Source: Candidatus Saccharimonadia bacterium (lineage in GTDB: Bacteria > Patescibacteriota > Saccharimonadia > Saccharimonadales > JALRHH01). From it: DNA of 64,000 nt. The stretch is taken from positions 128,199 through 192,198 of the forward strand of contig JALRHH010000002.1 in NCBI GenBank assembly GCA_023253175.1. The letters run 5' to 3'. Position 1 is the stretch's first letter. Every line of letters begins with the position of its first letter. This document shows, one piece after another, positions 8,210 to 17,021 of the stretch. The notes under the pieces are model-generated. The model saw only the letters and a program-made list of their open reading frames with translations. It had not been told where the DNA came from and made no database searches. The position numbers were made by a program, and so were the translations under genes.

Positions 8210-9799
8210 TTAATGAGTAGCTTCGGACGCCATCGCATCCTTGTGATCACCGCCTAGCGGCTGCTCGCGGAGGAACAGAGCTACGATAAAGGCAGCAACC
8301 GCAAATGGGATGGCATACATAAACATATCCTGGAACGCGGACACATACCCGGCCAGTACCTGCTGTTTAACCGCATCTGGCAGGTGCGCTACGCCGCTCG
8401 CAATTACCGACCCTTCACCCCCGCCCGTGTTCACACCCGCGCCGCCAAGGTAGTGTGTTAATCGGGCAACAAGAATACTTCCAAATATCGCACCACCCAA
8501 ACTTCCACCAATACTTCTAAAGAATGTCACAGATGAGGTTGCCGCACCAAGATCAGATTTAGCGGCAGAATTCTGTACTGCCAAAATTGCAACCTGCATA
8601 AAGCTACCAAGTCCCGCACCAATTACCAGCATCCATAGCGACATCGTACGGTGGCTTGTTGTTAATGTTAGGTGACTAAAGAGCCAGAGCCCGAACGTTA
8701 AAAGTGCTGTGCCGATTAGTGGGAATTTTCGGTACTTGCCAGTCTTAGAAATGATCCGACCAGAAATGATCGACGCGCTCAGAATTCCCAGAACAAGTGG
8801 CAGCATCAATAGCCCAGATTCTGTCGGAGAATTACCGCGTACAATCTGCTGATACTGCGGGATGTACAAAATACTTGCGAACATGGCGATTCCAGAAAGA
8901 ATCGAAAGCAGAGTCGATGTGACGAAAATATCATTTTTAAATAACCGCAGTGGGATGATCGGCTCTGCGGCGCGAGATTCCTGCCATATAAACAGACCCG
9001 TAAAGACAACAGCCGTAATGGCTAATCCAATTATTTCGGCCGAAGCCCATGCGTACTGTAAACCACCCCAAACCGATACCAGTAGCAAGCTAACGGCTGC
9101 AACAGACAGCAGCGCAGCCCCCGTATAATCGATGCGGTGTGGACTGCGCCTTACCGGCAAATGCAGCTGCGTACTAATTGCGTACAGTGCCAAAAGTCCA
9201 AGCGGCACATTAATAAAGAAGATCCAGTGCCAGCTGAGGTGGTCCGTAAAGAGGCCACCGAGCAGTGGACCAGCCACACTGGATATCGCAAAGACCGCCC
9301 CAAAATAACCCTGGTACTTACCTCGCTGTTTCATTGGCACAACCTCGCCAACAATTGCAAACACAAGTGCCATCAGACCACCACCGCCCAGTCCCTGAAT
9401 TGCACGAAAGGCAATGAGCTGTTCCATATTCTGCGCCAGACCACACAGCACTGATCCAATTAGGAATATTGAAATTGCTGTTAGGAATATTTTCTTGCGG
9501 CCAAACATATCACCTAACTTGCCGTAAATTGGCGTCACGATTGCACTAGCCAGGAGGTACGATGTTGCCACCCATGACAGTTTGTCGAGGCCATGCAAAT
9601 CAACCGCAATCTGCGGCAATGCAGTCGAAACAATTGTTTGATCCAACGATGCTAGCAGCATCGCGAGCATCAATGCACCAATCACCACCATAATTTCTCG
9701 GTGACTGCGCTCGTAGTTTTCATCTGTGTGCGGGTGCGGCTCTTTTTGAGCGCGACCTGCTTCTTTGCGCCTTTTAACAAGCGCTTTTATCTTTTCCAT
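8210..9799 (-). CDS. MFS transporter, DHA2 (EmrB/QacA-like, 14-TMS) drug:H+ antiporter family
   Basis: Motif GKLGDMFGRKK and about 14 hydrophobic segments. Start moved to MEKIK (ATG 9799), because the track start 9850 overlaps the upstream marR gene. Confidence 0.85.
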   Translation of the reverse strand: MEKIKALVKRRKEAGRAQKEPHPHTDENYERSHREIMVVIGALMLAMLLASLDQTIVSTALPQIAVDLHGLDKLSWVATSYLLASAIVTPIYGKLGDMFGRKKIFLTAISIFLIGSVLCGLAQNMEQLIAFRAIQGLGGGGLMALVFAIVGEVVPMKQRGKYQGYFGAVFAISSVAGPLLGGLFTDHLSWHWIFFINVPLGLLALYAISTQLHLPVRRSPHRIDYTGAALLSVAAVSLLLVSVWGGLQYAWASAEIIGLAITAVVFTGLFIWQESRAAEPIIPLRLFKNDIFVTSTLLSILSGIAMFASILYIPQYQQIVRGNSPTESGLLMLPLVLGILSASIISGRIISKTGKYRKFPLIGTALLTFGLWLFSHLTLTTSHRTMSLWMLVIGAGLGSFMQVAILAVQNSAAKSDLGAATSSVTFFRSIGGSLGGAIFGSILVARLTHYLGGAGVNTGGGEGSVIASGVAHLPDAVKQQVLAGYVSAFQDMFMYAIPFAVAAFIVALFLREQPLGGDHKDAMASEATH

Positions 9800-9809
9800 G
9801 CTATTCCCT

Positions 9810-10238
9810 TTACTGTTCGAGCTGGCGAAGCATAGCTTCTTGAATCTCAATTCCAGCCTTTAGTTGTTTTTCACTCAGCTCGCAGACTAATTCATCAAAG
9901 ATTGCGCGGCGCTGCTTCTCAAGCCGTTTTAGTACATTGTTGCCTTTTTTAGACAAGCTAATGTGAATAATTCGCCTATCCTTTTCATCCTCTGTGCGCT
10001 CTATATAGCCAGGCTCTGCTAGGCCATCAATTAACTGCGCAACAGCACTCCGGGTAATGTGCATGTGCTTCGCCAAATCTTTACTGATGACTGACTTTTT
10101 TTCATGAATCATAAATAGTAAACCCATTTGGGCAATTGATATATGTTCGTTTTCAAATGCAGCAAGCACGCGGTGCTTCCACGCACGTTGCATTGTGGTC
10201 GACAGTGTAAAGTATTGATTTATAAGTTCTTCACGCAT
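9810..10238 (-). CDS. MarR family transcriptional regulator
   Basis: Winged-helix MarR pattern (ISIAQMGLLFMI...LAKHMHITRSAVAQLIDGLAEPGYIERTEDEKDRR), cotranscribed with the MFS efflux gene. Confidence 0.85.
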   Translation of the reverse strand: MREELINQYFTLSTTMQRAWKHRVLAAFENEHISIAQMGLLFMIHEKKSVISKDLAKHMHITRSAVAQLIDGLAEPGYIERTEDEKDRRIIHISLSKKGNNVLKRLEKQRRAIFDELVCELSEKQLKAGIEIQEAMLRQLEQ

Positions 10239-10249
10239 AACATTTACCG

Positions 10250-10292
10250 ATTAGCTACTTAACAGTTTAGTAGCTAATCTATTATTTGTCAA
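10250..10292 (-). promoter_or_regulatory. marR promoter with overlapping palindromic operator
   Basis: Perfect 10-bp inverted repeat ATTAGCTACT (10250-10259) / AGTAGCTAAT (10269-10278). On the reverse strand: TTGACA (10292-10287), 17 nt, TAAACT (10269-10264). Confidence 0.5.
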
Positions 10293-10330
10293 TAATAAAA
10301 GGACTCCCTTGATGAAAGTCCTTTTATTAT
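10292..10330 (-). terminator. Hairpin terminator after the ABC transporter operon
   Basis: Perfect 14-bp stem ATAATAAAAGGACT (10292-10305) / AGTCCTTTTATTAT (10317-10330), T-rich on both sides. Confidence 0.6.
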
Positions 10331-10352
10331 GAAGTGCCCCTGCCTGATAAAA

Positions 10353-11018
10353 CTACACCAGCGATCCATCCTTTAGGGTAAAAGTCACGTCAGTCTTACC
10401 TGCAATTGACAAGTCGTGAGTCACTGCCACGATTGTGGTGTTTTCCGATTTTGCAAGATCGTGCAGTAGATCAAAAATCATCTTACCTGTTTGACTATCC
10501 AAGTTACCTGTTGGCTCATCTGCTAAGATCAAGCTCGGCTTATTTGATAATGCGCGGGCAATCGCCACACGTTGCTGCTCACCACCCGATAAACGAGATG
10601 GCTTACGCTTTTGTTTATCTGCGGTAATCCCCACTTGATCTAGTAGTTCCACCGCACGTCGTTTACGTTCATTTGGAGAAACATGGGCGAACTCCATAGG
10701 TAACATGACGTTCTCGATCGCAGTCAGATTTGGCACAAGGTTGTAGTTTTGAAATACAAAACCAATTTCTTTACCGCGGTACTTAATAAGCCGGTGGTCA
10801 TGCATCTTTGTAACGTCATGCCCGCCCACCTCTATCTTGCCGGAAGTTGGTTTGTCGAGCGCACCAAGCAGTGATAAAAGTGTGCTTTTACCACTACCAC
10901 TTTTCCCTATGATTGACGCAAACTGACCTTCCGGGACTTCGAAACTAATGTCACTTACTGCTGTCACCTTACCGCTCGCGCCGTTAAATTGTTTTACGAG
11001 ATTTGAAACTTTTAACAT
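10353..11018 (-). CDS. ABC transporter ATP-binding protein (MacB/LolD/FtsE-like)
   Basis: Walker [10 protein letters not shown], signature [15 protein letters not shown], Walker [10 protein letters not shown]. Confidence 0.9.
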   Translation of the reverse strand: MLKVSNLVKQFNGASGKVTAVSDISFEVPEGQFASIIGKSGSGKSTLLSLLGALDKPTSGKIEVGGHDVTKMHDHRLIKYRGKEIGFVFQNYNLVPNLTAIENVMLPMEFAHVSPNERKRRAVELLDQVGITADKQKRKPSRLSGGEQQRVAIARALSNKPSLILADEPTGNLDSQTGKMIFDLLHDLAKSENTTIVAVTHDLSIAGKTDVTFTLKDGSLV

Positions 11019-11027
11019 GCTATTCTC

Positions 11028-12410
11028 CTATTCCGCCCGCATTACTTCGGCTGGCCGAACTTTACTAATCATAAGAGCTGGCAACGCACTGCCAAGGACC
11101 GCGATCAATGCTGCCGCACCAACACCGTAGGCTACGATATCGAGACCAACGTCTGCCTGAACACTGCGCGCACTACTCAGCGCATTACCACCAACACCGC
11201 GCACAAACCGCGCACCACCAGGGCCACCTTGAACCGTCTGCGTCGTTGATGTAGAGCTGTTATTTACAAGTACCTTCGTCAGTGGGTTCGCTGCCGCTAC
11301 TCCAATAATCAGGCCAACAATCATTGCCAGCACAGTCAATGTTAACGCTTCGCTAATGAACTGGAACATGATTCGAATATTTGATGCACCGATAGCCTTG
11401 TAGACACCAATCTCTCGCCTTCGTTCACGAACGATCATAACCATGGTTAATAGAATGATGACTGCGCCCGCTATAACTGCTCCGATGAGGCTAAATGTAG
11501 AGATGGTTTTTACACTTTCAAGAGGCTCGACGGCTTGCTTTGCTGACTCCTGATTGTTCGTGACATCAGCAGTGTCGCCTAGCGCAGTTTCGATAGCTGT
11601 CGTTGCGCTATCGATGTTGTCGATTGAATCAACCGTCGCTGTTGCGCTCGTAACCTGACCGGTTTGCCCCGAAAGGCGCTGCAGGCTACTTAGTGACATA
11701 ATTACGCCGTTATTAGAGAATGTATTGCCCGTATCGTAGACACCTTTTACGGTAATCATCTTGCCGTATGCAGTAAAGGTAGAGCCGACTGACAGGTTGT
11801 TCTTTTCCGCTAAGGCCTTACCGACAACCGCAACGTCTTCATCTTTTGACACATCAATTGCCTCACCAGATGTATAGGTTATGCTGTCACCGCCATATGT
11901 GGTGGTCGACAGGACACTGGCCCCAGTGATTGTCACGGGAGGAGTGAACGTCCTCGTAATTTGCGTAGACGAACCAGTGCCGGATGTACTCGTCTCGTTT
12001 CTTATTGGCATATCCGCGGGTGGCGCCTGAAAGCCAACCCCGTTGTTGCCAGCCTGACGATTACCGAGTGAACCCGCCTCAATAGCCGACACAAGATTCG
12101 TATTAGTCGAAGTCAGGCGATCACTGAGTGTTTGCGTGACTGATGTCACATGATCTACCTTTGCAACACCTGCAAGCTGTTCACTGGTTAACGGCTCGCC
12201 TCCACCCTCAAAACCACGCGATCCTGCCGGGGAGATCGTAATCGTATTGCCAATGGAACTCTTCACCGATTCTATTTTCGTGCTCACAGACGCCCTGGCA
12301 ACGAGCATCGCTAGCGCCAAGCCAATACTTAAACCTAATATCAGGACAATCGAAAATGTCCGTATGCTATTCCGGAATGCGTTTCGCACACCACGAGATA
12401 TCACATTCAA
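11028..12410 (-). CDS. ABC transporter permease, MacB/FtsX-like with large extracytoplasmic domain
   Basis: N-terminal TM, roughly 280-aa external domain, C-terminal FtsX-type 3-TM bundle. It lies adjacent to the ATPase gene. Confidence 0.8.
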   Translation of the reverse strand: MNVISRGVRNAFRNSIRTFSIVLILGLSIGLALAMLVARASVSTKIESVKSSIGNTITISPAGSRGFEGGGEPLTSEQLAGVAKVDHVTSVTQTLSDRLTSTNTNLVSAIEAGSLGNRQAGNNGVGFQAPPADMPIRNETSTSGTGSSTQITRTFTPPVTITGASVLSTTTYGGDSITYTSGEAIDVSKDEDVAVVGKALAEKNNLSVGSTFTAYGKMITVKGVYDTGNTFSNNGVIMSLSSLQRLSGQTGQVTSATATVDSIDNIDSATTAIETALGDTADVTNNQESAKQAVEPLESVKTISTFSLIGAVIAGAVIILLTMVMIVRERRREIGVYKAIGASNIRIMFQFISEALTLTVLAMIVGLIIGVAAANPLTKVLVNNSSTSTTQTVQGGPGGARFVRGVGGNALSSARSVQADVGLDIVAYGVGAAALIAVLGSALPALMISKVRPAEVMRAE

Positions 12411-12583
12411 TGTCTTATACCTTTCTTATTTATAGCGGCAATAGTAACCCAGGAATCCTGAGAGGTTTCTGAAGTGCACGTAAGCATTTTCACTTTTGCT
12501 GCGTGACATCCCTTACAGCCAATAGTTCGTAAGCTGAATATACTAAATTACATATTTGCTAACGTTTCAAAAGGAGGATCACT

Positions 12584-12994
12584 ATGAACAAATTCATGTT
12601 GTTTATAACCTTTGTGTCGCTGGGATTCCTCACTGTCCTGAGCACTATTGACCCAAATAGCTCTGCCGTTTGGCTCGCATCGCCAGACCAGTCATTTGAC
12701 ATCCTACGGAGTGGCGTTATGGTAGTACTACTCGTATTAATGTTCACAAATCCTCCTCGCAACGTTGTACTTCGAACTATTGTAGGAATTAGTGCAATTG
12801 CCCTGACTAGTTGGAGTGGATATATGGCATATGAAAGTGCCATCCAGATCTTAGACGGTCTCGTTCTGCTAGCAGCTGGTATCACTTCCCTTGTTGCAGT
12901 ACTTGAATTTGAAGGCGAAGACGCATTTTCAAAACCAATTGTTTCTCCAAATTACAAAAAGAGCCATAAAAATAAGCACGTCCACGCTGCTTGA
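12584..12994 (+). CDS. Hypothetical small membrane protein
   Basis: SD AAGGAGG lies 7 nt upstream of the ATG. About four hydrophobic segments. Confidence 0.6.
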   Translation: MNKFMLFITFVSLGFLTVLSTIDPNSSAVWLASPDQSFDILRSGVMVVLLVLMFTNPPRNVVLRTIVGISAIALTSWSGYMAYESAIQILDGLVLLAAGITSLVAVLEFEGEDAFSKPIVSPNYKKSHKNKHVHAA

Positions 12995-13019
12995 CATATC
13001 TACCCCTGTTTGGTACTAT
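12991..13019 (+). promoter_or_regulatory. Promoter of tRNA-fMet
   Basis: TTGACA (12991-12996), 17-nt spacer containing CTACCCCTGTT, TACTAT (13014-13019). Confidence 0.5.
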
Positions 13020-13073
13020 TTGTTAGCTAAACAGCCGCGGATACATGCTCAAGGTTCTCGTATCCGCTAGTAA

Positions 13074-13148
13074 CGCGGGGTAGAGCAGTGGCAGCTCGTG
13101 TGGCTCATAACCACAAGGTCGCAGGTTCGAGTCCTGCCCCCGCTACCA
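13074..13148 (+). tRNA. Initiator tRNA-fMet (CAT), CCA encoded
   Basis: 5' CGCGGGG with a C1-U72 mismatch, D arm GAGC-AGTGGCA-GCTC, anticodon loop CTCATAA, T arm GCAGG-TTCGAGT-CCTGC. Close resemblance to E. coli tRNA-fMet. Confidence 0.9.
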
Positions 13149-13155
13149 AGAAAAG

Positions 13156-13183
13156 AGTCCGATCGAAAGATTGGGCTTTTTTC
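13156..13183 (+). terminator. Intrinsic terminator of tRNA-fMet
   Basis: Stem AGTCCGATC / GATTGGGCT (two G-U pairs), GAAA tetraloop, then a T6 run. Confidence 0.7.
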
Positions 13184-13231
13184 TTGGTCATGAAGCTGAT
13201 ACGGATCTGTGACCAACCAGCTTTAGCTGGC

Positions 13232-13321
13232 AAGGTCGTAGGTTCGGTCGACAAGCCTGCTCACAGGAATTCATTCCGAGAACAAGTGCAGTCGTGCGCT
13301 GCCTGCCCCCGCTATCACAGG
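13232..13321 (+). pseudogene. Broken duplicates of the 3' half of tRNA-fMet
   Basis: AAGGTCGTAGGTTCGGTC...CCTGC (13232-13260) and CCTGCCCCCGCTATCA (13302-13317) match the tRNA's AAGGTCGCAGGTTCGAGTCCTGCCCCCGCTACCA with 3 substitutions and inserted segments. Both parts are followed by TCACAGG. Confidence 0.6.
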
Positions 13322-13374
13322 CCTTTGACCCATGGAAATCAGGGTCTTTCTACTTTGTCTGCTATCATGTGCTT

Positions 13375-13908
13375 ATGGATGAAGAGCTAGTAGATATTCT
13401 TGATGATAGTGAAAATGTCTTGCGACAAGAGTTCAAAACAGAAGCCCATAAGCATGGATGGAAGCACAAAACGGTTATAGGTTACTTAAAGTTTGGCGAT
13501 GATTGGTCTTTAGTGAGGCAGGCAGCAGACAGACAAGATGCTGGTCAACTAGTTGCACCTGTCGGAGGTCACGTTAAAGCTGGTGAAGCAGAGATAGATG
13601 CCCTACTGCGTGAAGCAGAAGAAGAGATTGGTACTCGCAACATTACATATAAATATGTAGGCAGCAAGGTTTTTCATCGCAGTATTATCGGTAGAGACGA
13701 GAACCATTTATTCGCCATCTATGAGATAGGAACAGACGACCCTATTGTACTCAACGAAGAGTCAGTCGCGATCGAACGATTTAAGCCAGAAGAATTAAAG
13801 AAAGCCCTCGATGAACATCCTGAAAATTTTGGGGATGCTTATTATTTCGTTCTCGAATCCTTTTATCCAGATTATTTACCTGCAGGTTATACTAAGCGCT
13901 GGTCCTAG
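13375..13908 (+). CDS. Nudix hydrolase
   Basis: Nudix box GGHVKAGEAEIDALLREAEEEIGT. Start moved to MDEELV (13375), because the track start 13294 lies inside the tRNA-fragment region. Confidence 0.75.
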   Translation: MDEELVDILDDSENVLRQEFKTEAHKHGWKHKTVIGYLKFGDDWSLVRQAADRQDAGQLVAPVGGHVKAGEAEIDALLREAEEEIGTRNITYKYVGSKVFHRSIIGRDENHLFAIYEIGTDDPIVLNEESVAIERFKPEELKKALDEHPENFGDAYYFVLESFYPDYLPAGYTKRWS

Positions 13909-14076
13909 ATTGTAGTAGAGTCATTTATTTACTTGATCGCTAGACAAGCCTAGCTTTGCAGTACTTATCTCTTTAAATACTCAACGTTATACTTAAGAGA
14001 AAAATATTACAGAGCTTTATTACGGTTATCAGTTAAATACAGTGGTGGTACGCGCTAACACTGGAGAATTTCTTTT

Positions 14077-14604
14077 ATGATTCGGCCATACTCGCTCGAC
14101 AAGCCTTTGGCGGCGCTGGTTGCAAAATTACCCAGATCTATTAAGCCATTGATGGACTTTGGATCATTTATTGCCGCCCCTATTCCGATGGCGTGCATTT
14201 TACTCGTGTATATACTCTCCTCTTTCATCAGAGCAGATTATGATTACGTACATTTGTATGTATTAGTCGTACTTGCCGCCCCTATCGCAGAGCTGTCGAA
14301 ATTTATTACTCGCAGGAAACGACCTGAAACACTTTATGCAGAACAGATGCGCTTTAAGACATACAGTTTTCCAAGTGGACATACCTATATTGCAACTTTG
14401 GTGTTTGGATTTTTGACGATCGTATTTGGTAATCTCCATACCTTTGGCTTGATCATAGCAACATTACTTGTGCTACTAATTTTTATGGTCGGGGTTTCGA
14501 GAGTATATTTAGGCGCGCATTTTCCAAGTGATGTCATTGCAGGATGGCTGCTTGGAGGCATGATATTATTTACGGTCAGTGCTGTAGAAGGAGTGCTATT
14601 TTGA
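14077..14604 (+). CDS. PAP2 family phosphatase (lipid phosphate / undecaprenyl-diphosphate phosphatase type)
   Basis: Tripartite PAP2 motif: KFITRRKRP, PSGHT, SRVYLGAHFPSD. Confidence 0.85.
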   Translation: MIRPYSLDKPLAALVAKLPRSIKPLMDFGSFIAAPIPMACILLVYILSSFIRADYDYVHLYVLVVLAAPIAELSKFITRRKRPETLYAEQMRFKTYSFPSGHTYIATLVFGFLTIVFGNLHTFGLIIATLLVLLIFMVGVSRVYLGAHFPSDVIAGWLLGGMILFTVSAVEGVLF

Positions 14605-15494
14605 CAAACAAAGGCAAAAAACAATACGTTCTTGTCGTAAACCTTAAATCAAGGCAGTCTGCGGAGGCTATTGATAAAGTTGAAGAGCTTTTCATGAGTA
14701 GAGATGTACTGCTGAAGGTCATAAAAGTAAAAAATCCAAGACGTATTAAAGAGGCATTCGAGGAAGCGCTCAGTGCTAACGCTGATACGATAATTCTTGG
14801 CGGCGGTGATGGAACCTTAATCAGTGGGATAGAATATTTGTCACTGAAAGACTACCAGAAACCAATCGGCCTACTTCCACTCGGCACCGCTAATTATCTG
14901 GCGCGCAATCTCGATATTCCACTCGATCTTGACGGTAGTATTGAAAATCTTTTGAATGGCTCGACTCGTCTTATTCCTATTGGCGTAGCAAATGATAAAT
15001 TCTTTGCGCTGACATTTATCGTTGGATTAACGCAGAAAGTTGCAGCAGAAGTTTCCGACAACCTTAAACGTAAGTTTGGGCAACTCGCATACATATTAGA
15101 ACTTATTAAACAGACAAGGAAACATAAAGCTTTTAGGTATACGATTGAATCCCCTGATCTGAAAAAGCCCCTCAAAGGACTGACGCATCAGATCATTGTG
15201 TACAATTCTGATATTAACCTTCAGCTAAAGTTAGTGCCGGATCATAGCCTGGAACGCACATCACTCAAAGTGGTGGTCATTAAGTGCGGCAAGAGTAAAT
15301 TCAAACTCTATGTAGGATTTTTAGTTCACATACTCACTGCAGGAAAGCTAAAGCCATACATGAAAGTTTTCGAGACACAGTCTCTCAAGATAACCACAGA
15401 TCCAGTACTGGCCGCAGACTATGATGGTGAACCATACAATCACAGCCCTTTCAATGTAGAACTATATAAAAGAAAAGTGCACATCATCTGCTAA
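14601..15494 (+). CDS. Lipid kinase, diacylglycerol-kinase catalytic-domain family (YegS/BmrU-like)
   Basis: Motifs ILGGGDGTL and LPLGTANYLARNL. Proposed TTG start at 14601 overlaps the PAP2 stop (TTGA), and SD GAAGGAG lies 7 nt upstream. Confidence 0.8.
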   Translation: MTNKGKKQYVLVVNLKSRQSAEAIDKVEELFMSRDVLLKVIKVKNPRRIKEAFEEALSANADTIILGGGDGTLISGIEYLSLKDYQKPIGLLPLGTANYLARNLDIPLDLDGSIENLLNGSTRLIPIGVANDKFFALTFIVGLTQKVAAEVSDNLKRKFGQLAYILELIKQTRKHKAFRYTIESPDLKKPLKGLTHQIIVYNSDINLQLKLVPDHSLERTSLKVVVIKCGKSKFKLYVGFLVHILTAGKLKPYMKVFETQSLKITTDPVLAADYDGEPYNHSPFNVELYKRKVHIIC

Positions 15495-15632
15495 AAAGTC
15501 AGTTTTTATCCATACCACCATATATAGCGTGTGGATAACAGCTACACTACACCGCTACGGAAATTTTTACTGCACAAAGTCTCATGAAGGCGCATGCTAG
15601 TAGAACCATAGACCTAATTAAAGGAGGCGCAT

Positions 15633-15827
15633 ATGGCTAATAACAATCGTGGATTCGCATCAATGGACGAGAACAAGCAAAAGGAAATCGCGAGCATGGG
15701 TGGTCAAGCTAGCAGTGGTAATTTCAAGAATGACCCACAGCGAGCAAGTAAAGCCGGTAAAAAAGGAGCCGAGGCGCAACCTACCGAGGCAAAGCAACGA
15801 GGCGGACAGAATAGTCACCGCAGCTAG
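15633..15827 (+). CDS. KGG-repeat general stress protein (YciG-like)
   Basis: GNFKNDPQRASKAGKKG and RGFASMD..KQKEIASMGG match the YciG/KGG stress-protein repeats. SD AAAGGAGG precedes the start. Confidence 0.8.
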   Translation: MANNNRGFASMDENKQKEIASMGGQASSGNFKNDPQRASKAGKKGAEAQPTEAKQRGGQNSHRS

Positions 15828-15848
15828 CTTCTAATTCCTATACACGAG

Positions 15849-15878
15849 AGGAGGCTCTTCTGAGTCTCCTTTTTATTT
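15849..15878 (+). terminator. Intrinsic terminator
   Basis: Stem AGGAGGCTC / GAGTCTCCT, loop TTCT, then TTTTTATTT. Confidence 0.7.
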
Positions 15879-15937
15879 CTTGTGAAAAATCCCCTTGACA
15901 GCCACTATCCCCAGACAACTCTGATAGGATATTCTCC

Positions 15938-16786
15938 CTAAAATTCAGGGATAGGGGCATCTAGCAAATTGTTCTTTGTACTTTCTTCGTCATCCATGAC
16001 AGGCCGCTCTTGCCCGACCGTACGTGATCTCTCAGCATCAATTCCATCCCGCAGTGTATCAAGCTCTTGGCGGCGTTTTCTTTTGAGCATGTTGTTCTCT
16101 GCTGCCTCAAGGAGTGATCCATTGAACCTGTTCTGCAGGACTATTGATAAGCTGCCCAGTGCAAGTGCAGCAGACGAAACAAACTCATCATCAGTGCTGG
16201 ATTCGGGATGCATAAATCTACCGAATGTACTGTGCAACCTCTCAAGTGCATACCTACCATCAGAAATGAGCCTCAGCGGGCCTTTTGCATAGGACGGCTC
16301 CCTCAGAACAATATGCAGGCCGTCTTCAAACGGGGCAAAATCCCACATTTTCCACGTAAGATAGTCGGGTCTGTACGTCTCGGGTACCCGTCCGCCCATC
16401 TGATCAACCAAGACTCTATCTAGCCCTCCGATACTCTCATCCCAGGTCCAGGCATTTGTGCCCGAGTAGTGTTCTACCGCTTCTCGCGCAATATCCCTCA
16501 GTGCAATGTTTCGTAAAGCGCCAGCTGCCGTAATGTAGTAAAGTACGTCGCCGGCTTCTGAGATCTTATCAGCATCAAGCTGCTCCGAAACACTCTGGTC
16601 AACTTCAATGCCCCATAATTTTGAAGTTAGTTCCAACGGATATCGCTCGTCCGTTAATAATTCACCAACTTCTTCATTAAATCCCTGGTGTACAATCTTA
16701 AGCTGCTCTTTTTCTGATTCAGCCCCCAGAAAGAATGCCGTGTTACGGGCATCGTACGCGTAGTCATCAAAAGTAAGCTTGTTCAC
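15938..16786 (-). CDS. Hypothetical protein with N-terminal MazG-like NTP-pyrophosphohydrolase fold
   Basis: EEVGELLTDE ... EAGDVLYYI spacing resembles the MazG EExxE...D motif. The C-terminal half is unassigned. Confidence 0.45.
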   Translation of the reverse strand: MNKLTFDDYAYDARNTAFFLGAESEKEQLKIVHQGFNEEVGELLTDERYPLELTSKLWGIEVDQSVSEQLDADKISEAGDVLYYITAAGALRNIALRDIAREAVEHYSGTNAWTWDESIGGLDRVLVDQMGGRVPETYRPDYLTWKMWDFAPFEDGLHIVLREPSYAKGPLRLISDGRYALERLHSTFGRFMHPESSTDDEFVSSAALALGSLSIVLQNRFNGSLLEAAENNMLKRKRRQELDTLRDGIDAERSRTVGQERPVMDDEESTKNNLLDAPIPEF

Positions 16787-16965
16787 TAAGTTATATTAAA
16801 CAATAAGAAGCTCATATAACCATGAGCGGCTCGTGCTAATTTGTCGATGCCTAGTCTTCCTTGGCACAAAGTATATGTCATAATATGAGATTAGTTACTT
16901 GTCAATATCTCCTGTATAGTTAATACCAGAAGTAATCAAACTACGACTCGCGAGGAGTACACAAT

Positions 16966-17019
16966 ATGTCCAGGGACAAAGGCCGCAAAGAAGCTAAAAA
17001 ACCCAAAAAGGCCAAATAG
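16966..17019 (+). CDS. Tiny lysine-rich ORF (17 aa, MSRDKGRKEAKKPKKAK)
   Basis: Hand-found, below the track cutoff. SD GAGGAG lies 8-9 nt upstream. Its stop is 2 nt before the next ATG. Confidence 0.3.
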   Translation: MSRDKGRKEAKKPKKAK

Positions 17020-17021
17020 CC

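Noticed and set aside
8210-9850. Long N-terminal extension of the MFS gene (track start 9850)
   Set aside because: The extension overlaps 41 nt of the marR coding sequence. ATG 9799 (MEKIK) lies 10 nt after the marR stop and gives a normal MFS N-terminus.
13088-13390. 100-aa forward ORF beginning inside tRNA-fMet
   Set aside because: It runs through a tRNA gene, its terminator and the tRNA-fragment debris, so it is not credible as coding sequence.
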